64,000 bases of DNA from Octopus vulgaris (lineage: Eukaryota), in the NCBI GenBank assembly GCA_951406725.2, contig OX597839.1:6510001-6574000 (forward strand). Reading direction: 5' to 3'. The notes under the pieces were generated by a model that was not told the origin of the DNA, made no database searches, and saw only the letters and a list, made by a program, of their open reading frames with translations. This document shows, piece by piece, positions 39,476-54,419 of this stretch. A program made the position numbers and the translations under genes. Within the stretch, counting starts at the first letter, position 1, and each line of letters opens with the position of its first letter.

Positions 39476-39706
39476 TTTATTGAGCGAAGACCCTTCAAAA
39501 TGTGACCGCGTGTGTACCGTTGGCGATTTTTTTTCCTCCGTCTTCCCTTATTTGGATCTTTCCTTTTCCTATGTTTCTGACGAAGAGCTCTACTCGAAAA
39601 GTTTAACCCTCCTTCTTACCTTCTTTCCTGAGCGTCCAATAATACTATATTTGTTCCACGTCCTCACGTTGTTGTGTTTTCTCTTTATGTTTTCATGTTT
39701 GGATTA

Positions 39707-39708
<2 letters not shown>
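39475..39708 (+). mobile_element. HHR-bearing repeat family G; copy at 47959-48140 (-)
   Basis: Consensus GTTT-CTGACGA-A-GAGC(tcc)GCTC-GAAA-CG-TT-AAAC (39573-39607; 48060-48094), each copy partly mutated. Both end GGATTAAC into (TA)n. Confidence 0.7.
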
Positions 39709-39771
<63 letters not shown>

Positions 39772-40041
39772 GCATATTTATTTCACAATACATGGATTTA
39801 AGTAATCTGGTGGTAATCATTAAAACACCCCTTGATATATCAGGCTGCTAATCACATAGAACATATAGCCCAATATTATGGAAAAACATTTGGTTAATAT
39901 AAATTATGAAGTATACGATGAATAAAATGTCTTTACTATTGTTATCCATACTTAACCACAATTGTAGCTAAGTAAGGATAGCCAATGGTAAAATACATTT
40001 TATTCATCGCATAATTCCTCTCTTTATAAATAATGTATATA

Positions 40042-40075
<34 letters not shown>

Positions 40076-40301
40076 TAGAAGAAATGAGGTACTCAGAAAA
40101 TCGGATGGTTTATATTTACAGATATTTATTTGTATATTACATTTTTTATACTTCATATAACTCAGATCATGTATTAGCGCTTTCTCCCATTCTAGTGGGG
40201 TTTTCAAATCAAACTAAGTTCTTGTGGGAAAAGTTTTGACCATTTTATAGTGGTATTGAGTTTGTAGTGGTGGGGAGGAATATAAGACAGTACAAGAGGG
40301 T

Positions 40302-40426
<125 letters not shown>

Positions 40427-40437
40427 GATATATAATA

Positions 40438-40650
40438 GGAGGCGCAATGGCCTAGTGGTTAGGGCAGCGGACTTGCGGTCGGAGGATCGCGGTTTCGATT
40501 CCCAGACCGGGCGTTGTGTGTGTTTATTGAGCGAAAACACCTAAAAGCGCCACGAGGCTCCGGCAGGAGGTGGTGATCCCTGCTGTACTCTTTCACCACT
40601 CTAAAAGGCGGTGCTCCAGCATGGCCGCAGTCAAATGACTGAAACAAGTA
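40438..40650 (+). mobile_element. SINE D head fused to a SINE B tail
   Basis: GGAGGCGCAATGGCCTAGTGG...CTTTCACCACTCT, then AAGGCGGTGCTCCAGCATGGCCGCAGTC. Confidence 0.8.
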
Positions 40651-41339
40651 CAGAAAAAAAAAATATATATATATGTATGTGATATATATATATATATATA
40701 TGTATGTACATATATACGTATATATATATGTATATACAAACATATATATATATACATTGTGTGAATATATATATATCTATATATGTATGTATGTATGTGT
40801 GTATGTATGTATGTATGCATGTGTCTATGTATATATGTATGTATGTAAGTATGTATGTATGTATGTATGTATGTGTGTATGTATGTATGTGTGTATGTAT
40901 AGAAATCTAGCATTCATATTGTATGCCCAGTTTCCTGTTTGACTTGTCAACAGAACATTCTCACACTTCAACCAAGACACCGTGTCCAAAGCTCCTCATT
41001 CTTGCCTTCAAATCTAATATTTTCTCAAAATTTTTCACATTCACTGAACCACACACACACACACACACTTACATACACGCATGCACACACCCACATACAA
41101 AGACAGTTGCATACGTACGTACATATATGCATACATACATACATATAACGTGACATCCATACACATGTAAACGAAGAAATATAAGCATGTGTGCCATTAT
41201 GTGTAAATGTGTGCATGCGTGTGTATGTGTGTATATATATATACATATGTGCGTATGTATATATATTTACGCACGTATATATACATTTTTTTTACATACA
41301 TACATACATATCCATACATAAGTATGAATATCTGCAATA

Positions 41340-41372
<33 letters not shown>

Positions 41373-41463
41373 GCATATGTATGCATATGTATATGTATGT
41401 ATGTACATGTATGTATATACATATATGTATATATATATACATACATATGTATATATATATATG

Positions 41464-41567
<104 letters not shown>

Positions 41568-42093
41568 TAATACATACACACACACACATACACATATATA
41601 CATATATATATATACACACAGACGCACATACACATTTGCGTATATATATATAATAGATATAAACACCCCCAATAGGTATATATATATATATATGCACACA
41701 CATACATACACACACACGCACATATTCATTGCTGTCACAACTTCACATATCTCCGTGTCTCCATCTCCTCTCGCCCATTCACCTCCCACTCCTTGTCCCC
41801 ATGATAAGATGTTTCCTTTAATGCTGGCAATCATATCACAGTGTGACTAGTGTTGGAAACTCTGCTGGTAGTGACGCTGGTGGTAGTGGTAGTGGTGGTA
41901 GTTGTGGTGGTGGTGGTGGTGGTGTTCGTTGATGTTACGGTGATGGCGGTTTTTTTTTTTAATGGTGGGGTGCTCCCCTCAGTATCTCACTCAACATGAG
42001 TTATCATGTCGTATCACATGTCTTCAATGTAACTACGAAACAGAACAAAACATTGCGGTATTCTTGCCATGCACATTCGCATAACCCTCCCCG

Positions 42094-42159
<66 letters not shown>

Positions 42160-42254
42160 AACACACACAGAGCCATACACATATGCGTACCATCGCAGGC
42201 AGTGATACATGCATACCCACAAAAGATCAAGGACATACATTGACATAAAAACAC

Positions 42255-42331
<77 letters not shown>

Positions 42332-42343
42332 CCTACCTACCTT

Positions 42344-42387
<44 letters not shown>

Positions 42388-42455
42388 CCTACCTATCTAT
42401 CTATCTATCTATCTATGTATCTATCTATCTATCTATCTATCTACCTACCTACCTT

Positions 42456-42551
<96 letters not shown>

Positions 42552-42563
42552 CCTACCTACCTT

Positions 42564-42615
<52 letters not shown>

Positions 42616-42656
42616 CCTACCTACCTTTCTATCTATCTATCTATCTATCTATCTAA

Positions 42657-42721
<65 letters not shown>

Positions 42722-42730
42722 CATCTATCT
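42255..42730. repeat. (ATCT)n tetranucleotide array; others at 11470-11710 and 50665-51020
   Basis: Seen directly. Confidence 0.95.
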
Positions 42731-42825
42731 GTGTATCTAACGGTTTATATGGCTATCTGTCTATTTGCTGTTTGTGTAGATGTCTCTTTCTGTTTATAAA
42801 TATGTTGATATATATACATACATAA

Positions 42826-42873
<48 letters not shown>

Positions 42874-43143
42874 CGTGGCGCTCCAACGTGTCCGCAGTCA
42901 AATGAATGAAACAAGTAAAGCAATAAAAGAATATATATATATATATGTCGATATATATATATATATATAAACAAGGGCAAAAGAAAAAAAATGCCAATGC
43001 CAAATATGCCGAAATAGACTTAATCGTCAATAACCATATAATTTATCACTATTTTGCCCTTGTTTATAAATTTAACCTTTAAATGTGTTTTTTTAATATG
43101 CTGGCCATTGATAAAATTGTTTCGAAAATTTTCTCCTGTATTA

Positions 43144-43196
<53 letters not shown>

Positions 43197-43201
<5 letters not shown>

Positions 43202-43550
43202 ATATTTCGGAATGGTCATATTGCCAGTTTAGCCAATAAAAACACACGCACTATATATTTGGTGTTATTTTGCTTCAGTGATATTTATTTTTTACATTAA
43301 TCTTAATCTTATTTCGGCCAAAGTTCTTTCGTCACACTCCTGTGACCGCATCAGTGGTCCTTTGTTTTCTTCTCACTTACTTGTGTCTCTCCTTACTAAC
43401 CGTCAGCCATTTTGTATTTCTATTGTATGTCTTCATTTGCGCATGCTTATATCTCTATGTGCGTCTATGTTTATTTAGTGTGTGTGTGTGGGGATGCCTG
43501 TAATATTTTATTGGCTAAACTGGCAATATGACCATTCCGAAATATAACAA
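43197..43550 (-). mobile_element. 354-bp element with perfect 45-bp inverted ends and an internal HHR-like motif
   Basis: IR at 43197-43241 / 43506-43550. Minus strand 43360-43316 reads GGaCCA-CTGATGC-g-GTCAC(aggagt)GTGAC-GAAA-GaaC-TT-TGGCC. Confidence 0.7.
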
Positions 43551-43594
43551 TATCTGTTTCAACACACGACTTCACATAAAAAATCTTGCACAAC

Positions 43595-43675
<81 letters not shown>

Positions 43676-44759
43676 GTATGTATGTATGTATGTATGTATG
43701 TATATACAGAGAGAGAGAGAGTATATAAGAAATGGATCATTGGTGTTTTAAAGTCAGTGTTTAATTTAAATTAAATTAAATTAAAGAAATAGGTTATCTA
43801 TAGGTTAACACTAAGGCTGAGGAATACTAGGCTTTTCAACGAAAAAGGAAAAGAAACTGTCCCCAAATTCATTCTATTAGTGGCACAATGAAGATCTGTG
43901 AGACAATTCAGATTTTTCTTCTGATATTCATCTAATGAATACAAGCATACTCTTGGTCTTGTGCATTAACAACTCAACCAAACTACCAAATCAACACCAT
44001 ACCCACAAACGCCGCTATCTCTCTTAAATTAAAAAGTCATGTCACTTTGTTAGCAACTGGATTGAACTCTCTCAAGAAGCACTTAAATAAATTTGAAGGT
44101 AAAGCATACAGAACATAGAGTCAGTTTTGCACCTTTCTAGAAACATGAGCGATCTAAACTGAATACGAGTCCGTGAACTTACACAAAACAAACAGAAATA
44201 TTAAATATAATAAACGTTGAAATAAACAAGTTTTTCCCACGTAAGAAGACATCATGTGAATATCACAACCTAGAATATAGACGAGCTAGTATTCAATGTC
44301 AAAAGATTTTTAATTTTCAGCACATTTTCTTTCGATGCTATAAGTTATTGTATCAAATCTGTGAACAGAAATTCCAACTTGCTCTGCATATGAATTGTTT
44401 TCGGATTTAATAAAGCTTGGCATAGAAGGAAAATCTTATGAAATAATTGCATATTTTCTCACAGAATATTATTTTGTCACACTTGTATGTAGCATTAGTC
44501 CAGAAGAAACCTTGGAATATGGGAAAAAAGGAAACCTAGCATTCATACATATACAAGCATACATAATAAAAAGTATACATACATTCATGAATATATATAT
44601 ATATATATAAATGTACATACATACATGAACATATATATATGTATACATATGTATATATATATAAATAAATAAATAATATATATATATATATATATAAATG
44701 TACATACATACATGAATATATATATATATATGTATATATATGCATATATAAATAAATAA

Positions 44760-44814
<55 letters not shown>

Positions 44815-45303
44815 AAATACAAAACATACACAATACGATACAGAAAGAATTATGCATACAGAAACTATTTCTCCATGATCCTAACACACACACACACACA
44901 CACTTATACCTACACACGGACACATATCAACACGTTCACACACATATGTCCATGTATTCACCCTCTTGCCTTAAAACACACTGCGTCTTCCACACGTTTT
45001 CCTCTCAGTCATTTACCAGCATGCAACCGTACAGCACGTGACTTCCTTCGCCTGGCTGACCTTGCCTTTTTAAAAATATTTTCATGTTTGTCCCCTCATT
45101 TCATTTTCCACTTTCTCCTAGTATTTCTTCCTCTCTCTTTTTTTTTCTCAGTATGTGAAGAAAGAAAATATCCGAAACGTTATAGCCATTAACTACTTTC
45201 TCTGCCCTGCCCATAAAATTAGTTTACATCATTTGCGAAATATTTCCATCATTTGTTGATTTGTTTTGTATTTAGTCCATTTCTACGCCTTATATAAAGA
45301 TGC

Positions 45304-45557
45304 GTGGAGGCGCAATGGCCCAGTGGTTAGGGCAGCAGACTCGTGGTCGTAGGATCGCGGTTTCGATTCCCTGACCGGGCGTTGTGAGTGTTTATTGAGC
45401 GAAAACACCTAAAAGCTCCACGTGGCTCCGGCAGGGGGTGGTGATTCCTGCTGTACTCTGTCACCACTCATTCGAAGGCTAAAACAATGTAAACGCATTG
45501 TGACCAGCGATGTGTAATAACATCTGATGGTCTGGTCGGTCACGTGATCACGTGATA
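45304..45557 (+). mobile_element. SINE D head with an alternative 3' tail
   Basis: Head matches 53056-53220; the tail diverges and ends GGTCACGTGATCACGTGATA. Confidence 0.75.
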
Positions 45558-46157
45558 TAAAGAGCAGTGGAAACGCATCTGTAATCAGGTTACAATGTGT
45601 ACATGGAAAATTTTAACACCAAATAATAAACATTTAAGTAAAGCCGATAAATTTTATGTGGCTTCCAATGACTAATAAGTTCTTTCTATACTGTACTTAT
45701 TTTGATTCAACACAGCGTCTCAGATCGACTATATTTCCGAAATGCATGTCCACAGCAGTTGGACGGAAATGTATAAAACTATAGAAGAATATATTGCTTC
45801 GGTCGCTAGACAGCGGACATGCTGGGGTACCGTCTTGAAGAATATTTAGTCCAATGTATCGACTCCAGTACTTATTTTTTGTAAAGCCTAGTACTTGTTT
45901 GATCGTCTCTTTTGCCAAACCGGAAAGTCGTGGGAACGTAAACACATCAGCACCGGTCGGTCGTCAAGAGATGGTGGAAGACGAGCACAGACACAAATAC
46001 GCACTCATAAATATATATATATCCATTTATATGTATATATGCATATATATATATCCATATATATATATATTTATATATGCACACAAATATAATACATCTA
46101 TACACATGTATATATATGCATATTATTTTTGTTATTATTATTGTTATTATAATTATA

Positions 46158-46231
<74 letters not shown>

Positions 46232-46289
46232 CATTATTATTATTATTATTATTATTATCATCATCATCATCATCATTATTATTATTATT

Positions 46290-46369
<80 letters not shown>

Positions 46370-46430
46370 CATCATCATGATCATCATCATCATCATTATT
46401 TTTATTATTGTTATTATTATTATTATTATT

Positions 46431-46474
<44 letters not shown>

Positions 46475-46479
46475 TATTA

Positions 46480-46517
<38 letters not shown>

Positions 46518-46916
46518 GCTACTACTACTATAGTCGTAGCAATCTGAGGAGAGATACCCTTATCTCTTTGGTATTGATGTTAACTTCATTATGTGACACG
46601 CAACATGGCGGACAAACAGGTACTTAAAATAAGAATGCTCCACGCCCATTTATTGCCTGAGATTTTTATTACCCGGTTACTAATCAATACAAAACATCAA
46701 TATTTATAACATCCACCTTACTAGTATGTTTAATATTTCACGCATTTCCTTTAAGTATTTAACATGATGTTGGCAACTATCCAAACAGCATTTGAATTTT
46801 TCTCTTGGAAGTCGTCTTATTCTTCACGTTTAAGAATTGAAAATAGAGAATATTCGGTTGCTTCCATTGCATGGCTATGATAATTAAATATGATAGATAT
46901 CGTTTTTCGTATATAT

Positions 46917-47304
46917 TAGAAGAAGCACTCCGTCGGTTACGACGACGAGGGTTCCGGTTGATCCGAATCAACGGAACAGCCTGCTCGTGAAATTAACGTG
47001 TAAGTGGCTGAGCACTCCACAGACACGTGTACCCTTAACGTAGTTCTCGGGGATATTCAGCATGACACAGAGAGTGACAAGGCCGGCCCTTTGAAATACA
47101 GGTACAACAGAAACAGGAAGTAAGAGTGAGAGAAAGTTGTGGTGAAAGAGTACAGCAGGGATCACCACCATCCCCTGCCGGAGCCTCGTGGAGCTTAGGT
47201 GTTTTTCGCTCAATAAACACTCACAACGCCCGGTCTAGGAATCGAAACCGCGATCCTATGACCGCGAGTCCGCTGCCCTAACCACTGGGCCATTGCGCCT
47301 CCAC
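46917..47304 (-). mobile_element. SINE family D, full-length, 10-bp TSD
   Basis: tRNA-like head TGGCCCAGTGG / GTTTCGATTCC; TCGTATATAT is duplicated at 46907-46916 and 47305-47314. Confidence 0.9.
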
Positions 47305-47306
47305 TC

Positions 47307-47359
<53 letters not shown>

Positions 47360-47365
47360 TATATA

Positions 47366-47667
47366 AATCCTTAAATTCTTTAAAATGTTTTAGCCCGAAG
47401 GCCGCGGCCATGCTGGGGCACCACCGCTAAATGAGCTACACTAATTTGTAGATCCACCTCTGATACGTAGCACTTGATCAACAAGGGAGTTCGATGCTGC
47501 TGCCCGCATCTGTGTCTCCTGTCGTGAGGTAGGTTCATCTGGGACTCCCGACAAGAAGAGATCCAGTTTAGTTTTAAAGAAACCCACATCCATACCATGT
47601 AAGTCTCTCAGGCATTTAGGGAGGATGTTAAAGAGCTGTGGTCCTCTGAAACCCAAGCTGTTGCAGT
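47366..47667 (-). mobile_element. CR1/L2-like LINE 3' end (ORF2 C-terminus plus 3' UTR)
   Basis: NSLGFRGPQLFNILPKCLRDLHGMDVGFFKTKLDLFLSGVPDEP matches the CR1/L2-type N.LP...FK..LD C-terminal motif. The stop is at 47441-47443, followed by a short UTR. Confidence 0.8.
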
Positions 47668-47916
47668 ATATATATTCTTTTATTCTCTCACTGGTTTCAG
47701 TCATTTGACTTTGGCCATGCGGGAGCACCACTTTTAGTCGAATGAATCGATCCAGTACTTTTTTTTTTAAATCCAGGTACTTATTCTATTCTCTTGCCGA
47801 ACGGCTAAATTGTGGGGACGTAAACACACCAACACCGGTTGTCACTCTGTGGTGGTGGGCAAACACAGACACAGATAAACATGCAGGCATACATACATGC
47901 ACACACTCACACCACA

Positions 47917-47962
<46 letters not shown>

Positions 47963-48409
47963 ATCCAAACATGAAACCACAAAAAAAAAACACAACAACG
48001 CGAGGACGTGGAACAAATATAGTATTATTGGACGCTCAGGAAAGAAGGAAAGAAGAAGGGTTTAACGTTTCGAGCGGAGCTCTTCGTAGGAAACATAGGA
48101 GAAGGAAAGATCCAGAGAAGGTAAGACAGAGGAAAAAAAAAAGAAAAAAATATGAATATGTATATATATATATATTGAGAAAAAGGAAGAAGTCAGAATT
48201 TGGGATAATTTTTTTTATTAGCGATTTCGTTCGTTAACAGAAGTCTTCAAGACAAAAATCAAAACCAATATACTTATGCATATATATTCTTATTCGTTTA
48301 TACCGCCAATGTAATCTCTTTCAATGGCCATTCTTATGGGATCGGCTTTTGGTGAAGGGTGGAGTTTGACAATACTGCCCTCTTTTGATTCTCTTTCCGT
48401 GATATAACA

Positions 48410-48515
48410 TCATATCGGATCTTGGACAGCTGGACTTCAAGGTGTTTCTCACAAACATCTAACCCTACTCCATGGAGATCCCTCATGTGTTTTGGCAAGG
48501 CATTAACTAGCCTCT
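48410..48515 (-). pseudogene. Second, older CR1/L2-like ORF2 C-terminal fragment
   Basis: RLVNALPKHMRDLHGVGLDVCEKHLEVQLS aligns by eye to QLFNILPKCLRDLHGMDVGFFKTKLDLFLS. Confidence 0.6.
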
Positions 48516-48559
48516 AATTACAAGTCTGTAGTATTAAAGCCGTTACTTCTCAATGTGGA

Positions 48560-48742
48560 AATGTAACTGCTCAACCTAAAGAGACACCCTGATATCTGAG
48601 CTGCGTACCCTTTTGAATAGGGTTGCTCCAGAGATCCTACGGAAGAGCCCTCTTTCAGTGTATTGTATTTGTGATCGTCCCCTTTCGCTCATTACCCAAC
48701 ATTCATTGCGATAGATGAGGATAGTCACGTAAACAGATTTAT
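48560..48742 (-). pseudogene. RTE-clade LINE ORF2 C-terminal fragment
   Basis: KSVYVTILIYRNECWVMSERGRSQIQYTERGLFRRISGATLFKRVRSSDIRVSL matches the RTE motif LxYGxExW...E..F.RRI.G.T..D.VR..DIR. Confidence 0.8.
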
Positions 48743-49311
48743 TTCCCTTACGTATTTCGTTGAGGATGTCCAATAGTACCATAACATGTCCAATGTTATC
48801 ACCGTACTTAGCAAAGGTCAGGGAGTTACTCCTCCATTGTATCCACATTCATTCAACTTTTAATCACTTCGAATTCCTGAATTGTCTCCCTTACTTTCAC
48901 GACAGAAATTATCATTGGCGCTCCTGAAATTTTTCTTTTAATCATAGCTGCCATTTTAATTGATTAAACAATTTCTTTAGATCATTATATTGAACACGTT
49001 CGCCCTGTAATTAAATAAAAGGTAGATTATATTCGATCACAGCTTTCTCACAACTGAACAACAATAACAACAGCGGCTAATGCTAAAAAATAATCGTATA
49101 AATATATATAAAAAAATGTAGTAGGCGGATATGGGAGGAGAAAGATGGGAAAAAAGGAAAAGGCTGAACTATGCTCATCCCTTTATAGGTTTAAATATAA
49201 TAATTATACACTAATCCTTCGAGTTTTTCTGTTAATCCTGCTAGTTTTATGGCGTCCTGGGCAGCTTTTAGTGATTGGTTGCGTCTGATGATGGTAGGTA
49301 AGGGATAGCGC

Positions 49312-49351
<40 letters not shown>

Positions 49352-49394
49352 ATATATATATATGTACGTATGTCTATATACGTGTATGTGTGTG

Positions 49395-49433
<39 letters not shown>

Positions 49434-49530
49434 GTATGCATATATATGTGTGTGTGTGCATATATATATGTACGCATGTATATATATATGTACGCGTGCG
49501 CGTTGGTGTGTGTGTGTGCATATATATGTA

Positions 49531-49575
<45 letters not shown>

Positions 49576-49934
49576 GTGTGTGTGTGTGTGTGTGCATATA
49601 TATATATGTACGTATGTATATATATGTGTGCGCGTGTGTGTGTCTGTGTGTGCATATATATATGTACATATGTATATATATGTGTGCGTGTGTGTGTATG
49701 TGCATATATATATATATATATATATGTACGTATGTATATATGTGTGTGTGTGTATGTGTATATAGTGTGTGATATATGTATATATATGTGCAGGATGAAA
49801 AAGGAAAGGGGGAAAAGAAGAGCAAAGTACTGAGGTTATGAAAAGTATATTGAGTACAAAGGTGTCTATATATAGACACGTATACATGTGTGAGTTATAC
49901 ATGTGTAAGTCTTTAATGTATCTTTATATACATA

Positions 49935-50207
49935 CTCTTTTACTCTTTTACTTGTTTCAGTCATTTGACTGTGGCCATGCTGGAGCACTGGCTTTAGTCG
50001 AGCAAATCGACCCCAGGACTTATTCTTTGGAAGCCTAGTACTTATTCTATCGGTCTCTTTTTTGCCGAACCGCTAAGTTATGGGGACGTAAACGCACCAG
50101 CATCGGTTGTCAAGCGATGCTAGGGGGACAAACACAGACACACAAACATATACACACATACATATATATTATACATATATATTATACATATATACGACAG
50201 GCTTCTT
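49935..50207 (-). mobile_element. SINE family B, 3' part (further degenerate copies at 45800-45995, 47675-47880 and 51905-52120)
   Basis: Reverse-complement match. Confidence 0.85.
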
Positions 50208-50669
50208 GTATGTATGCATGTATGTATGCATGTATGTATGTATACATGTATGTATGCATGTATTTATGTATGTATGTATGTATTTATGCATGTATCTATG
50301 TATGTATGTATATATATATATATACACATATATATATATGTGTGTGTGTATTTATATGTATATATATGTATGTATATGTATGTACCTATGTGTACATGTA
50401 TATATACATATATGTGTGTGTGTGTGTGTGTATGTATGCATGTATATATACATATGCATGTCTTATCTATGTTTTCTTGTCTCAATCTTTTAAAGGTTTA
50501 TACAGACAATCTTCACGGAAAATTTCAATTGACCCCCAAACAAAAACAGAGATGTAATCATATACATAACAAATATGCATACAAGGACACACACACACAA
50601 ACAGATATACGTAGATGCATGCATGCATACATACATACATACATACATTATTACATACATAAAGATCTA

Positions 50670-50726
<57 letters not shown>

Positions 50727-50751
50727 GTCTGTCTGTCTGTCTATCTGTCTT

Positions 50752-50934
<183 letters not shown>

Positions 50935-51236
50935 GTCTGTCTGTCTGTATGTCTATCTGTCTATCTATCGATCTATCTATCTGTCTGTCTGTATGTCTGT
51001 CTGTCTCTCTATCTATCTACATACAAACATATATATACATATGCATATCGGAAGTTATATAGATATAAAGGTAGATAGATACATACACGCATACCTAAAA
51101 TTTAATATACATATGCATAAATATATACACAAATACATATATGTATATATACATATATACACAAATACAGGCATACACGCTTACATATATGTTTCCATTG
51201 ATAAATATACTTGTGTATGTAGTACGTACATATATA

Positions 51237-51314
<78 letters not shown>

Positions 51315-51374
51315 TATACATATACATAAATATATATATATACGTACATATATAAACATATATGTATATGCATA

Positions 51375-51464
<90 letters not shown>

Positions 51465-52326
51465 CAAGAACATATATGGAAGCATGTGCGTCCAATCAAA
51501 TATTAACATTTCCTTTGTATGACCTAAATTCTACGAATTTGTGCGCGGAATCTGTACGTCTGTCCTAGATATGGAACAGGATAAGCTTCATGTCTCCTAT
51601 TTGTCAGTGAAATTGTCCATGCTACAATATGTTCTACGCGAGGCATCTCAATTTATCTTGATTCTCCAATCTGCTTGTATGAACATCCATCTGGCTAATT
51701 TAGACATATATTGTGACATCTAGAATACACACAAACACAGACACAACCACAAACAAAAGCACATGCAGACACATTCGCCGACACATGTATGTATGTATAT
51801 ATATGTACGTATGGGTATATATATATATATATATATATTATTTGTATATGTCGGTGTGTATGTATTTCACGGTATGTATATATGCTTATAGGTATGGTAC
51901 GCTTTTTATTCTTTCATTCTTTTACTTGCCTTAGTCATTAGACTGCGACCATGCTGGAGCACGGCCTAGAATTATTTAGTCGAATGAATCAACCCCAGTA
52001 ACTCGTTTTTCAAGTCTGGCAGTTATTTCATCGACCTCTGACGCCAAACCGCTAAATTAAAAGGATGTAAACACACCAACACCGGTTGTCAATCGGTGGG
52101 GGCGGATAAACACAGATCCAAAGGCACACGCACAAACATATATGTTTCTCTCCTTGTTTTTTTTCTGTGTCCCTTTCTGTAGAAGAGCGTAGGCTCGAAA
52201 CGTAAAAGACTTTCTATTCCTGAGCATTATAATAATACATTTGTTTGTTTGTACTCCGCCTGCCTTCGTCTTTTATTTATTTTCGTAAACTTTCCCTTTA
52301 TATACATATATATATATATATACATT

Positions 52327-52419
<93 letters not shown>

Positions 52420-52448
52420 CATACATACACACATATATATATATATAT

Positions 52449-52798
52449 ATCGTGAAGTATATTTGCCACTTAAATGTGGATGCCACTGTAGCTTGTAGCC
52501 CCAGGAAGACATCATCTCCAGCTGTCTATTGACACAATTTCTGTGCCCTATCAGTTTTGCAAAGGGAAGTAATCTTTCCCATTTTCAACCTGACGTGATA
52601 CACATGGATCCGGGTTTCTGGGTATTCACCCGTCATCAGCATGTGACAATCACCAGTTGTCGACGCAAAATGCCTTCCCAATGCAAATATATATATTCTT
52701 TTTCTCGAAAAAGTGTAAACAAGCAATAATGAATGTCTGAGCGAGGTACGAACAGTAGCTGCCCGACATCGTGAAGTATATTTTCCACTTAAATGTGG
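52449..52798 (-). mobile_element. Repeat family E, one 319-bp unit plus a 31-bp terminal direct repeat, containing an HHR
   Basis: ATCGTGAAGTATATTT(G/T)CCACTTAAATGTGG at 52449 and 52768; homologous to 24071-24295. Confidence 0.8.
52595..52653 (-). ncRNA. Minimal type I hammerhead ribozyme (family E)
   Basis: CACATG-CTGATGA-c-GGGT(gaat)ACCC-a-GAAA-cccgga-TC-CATGTG; stem I covaries with the 24082 copy. Confidence 0.7.
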
Positions 52799-53055
52799 CT
52801 AACCCTTAAGGGTCAATACCCGCCCTGATGCAATACCAGGCACTGGCTCTCGTGGCTTCTGATCTTAACCGATTGGAAGTGTTATCATATACATTGTTTT
52901 CTCTTGGTATGAAAGATGGGCTACAGCAAATATTCTGCTCAATACCACAGCAGACGGAATACTCAGCCACTTTGGTTGCCATATTATAAAGAGATCTGCA
53001 GCCTAATGGAGGGCGACGAGCGCTCAATATAAGTGGCGTTGTTTGCAAATAAACA

Positions 53056-53440
53056 GTGGAGGCGCAATGGCCCAGTGGTTAGGGCAGCGGACCTGCGGTC
53101 GTAGGATCGCGGTTTCGATTCCCAGACCGGGCGTTGTGAGTGTTTATTGAGCGAAAACACCTAAAGGTCCACGAGGCTCCGGCAGGGGATGGTGGTAGTC
53201 CCTGCTGTACTCTTTCACCACAACTTTCTCTCGCTCTTACTTCCTGTTTCTGTTGTACCTGTATTTCATAGGGCCAGCCCTTGTCACAGTTTGTGTCACG
53301 CTGAATATACCCGAGAACTACGTTAAGTGTACACGTGTCTGTGGAGTGCTCAGCCACTTACACGTTAATTTCACGAGCAGGCTGTTCCGTTGGTCGGATC
53401 AACCGGAACCCTCATCGTCGTAACCGACTGAGTGCTTCCG
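53056..53440 (+). mobile_element. SINE family D, full-length, 13-14-bp TSD
   Basis: TTGCAAATAAACAG at 53043-53056 and 53441-53454; tRNA-like A/B boxes. Confidence 0.92.
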
Positions 53441-53967
53441 TTGCAAATAAACAGCATGAAGATGTAATCTGTCCATGGGATAATTTCAAGAAATTAAAAG
53501 TTTTTTTGTCTCAAAACTTCTTACCATCGTTATTTTACCTTCGTTGCTGAATATACGGTACCTTGCAAAAGTCCTCGGTCGCTTTAAACTATTGTAAATT
53601 TCTGCTAATTGCCAACTTATAGACCATAACTAACATTGCAACCTTGTACTATATATGACTTTCTGTATACATACTTGCGTGTACATATACATTACCTTAT
53701 ATATAAACACTCACACATACATATCTAACATACATGCATACATATATACATATATATAGTCGCCATGATAGATCGTTAGCCACTACACACATTTTTTCTC
53801 TCCTTGTTTCTCTCCTTGTATGCTTCTGCGTCCCTTTCTGTAGAAGAGCATAGGCTCGAAACGTAAAAGACTTTTTCTATTCCTGAGCGTTATACTAATA
53901 CATCAGTTTGTTTTGTACACCACCTGTCTTCGACTTTTGTTTTTTTTCTTAAACTCTCCCTATACAT

Positions 53968-54139
53968 AGGCGCAGAAGTGGCTGTGTGGTAAGTAGCTTG
54001 TTTACCAACCACATGGTTCCGGGTTCAGTCCTACTGCGTGGCACCTTGGGCAAGTGTCATCTACTATATCCTCGGGTCGACCAATGCCTTGTGAGTGGAT
54101 TTGGTAGACGGAAACTGAAAGAAGCCAGTCGTATATATG

Positions 54140-54170
<31 letters not shown>

Positions 54171-54375
54171 TTGTGTTTCTGTGTTTGTCCCCCTAGCATT
54201 CCTTGACAACCGATGCTGGTGTGTTTATGTCCCCGTCACTTAGCGGTTCGGCAAAAGAGACCGATAGAATAAGTACTGGGCTTACAAAAGAATAAGTCCT
54301 GGGGTCGAGTTGTTCGATTAAAGGCGGTGCTCCAGCATGGCCGCAGTCAAATGAGTGAAACAAGTAAGAAAAAAA
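53968..54375 (+). mobile_element. SINE family B, full-length
   Basis: Direct match from head to tail. Confidence 0.9.
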
Positions 54376-54377
54376 TG

Positions 54378-54419
<42 letters not shown>

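Noticed and set aside
51500-51710. Possible GIY-YIG fragment (YLGQT on the minus strand)
   Set aside because: A single short motif with no flanking PLE motifs.
53056-53130. tRNA genes at the SINE heads
   Set aside because: A/B boxes are present but run into SINE bodies with TSDs, and no full cloverleaf acceptor stem was seen.
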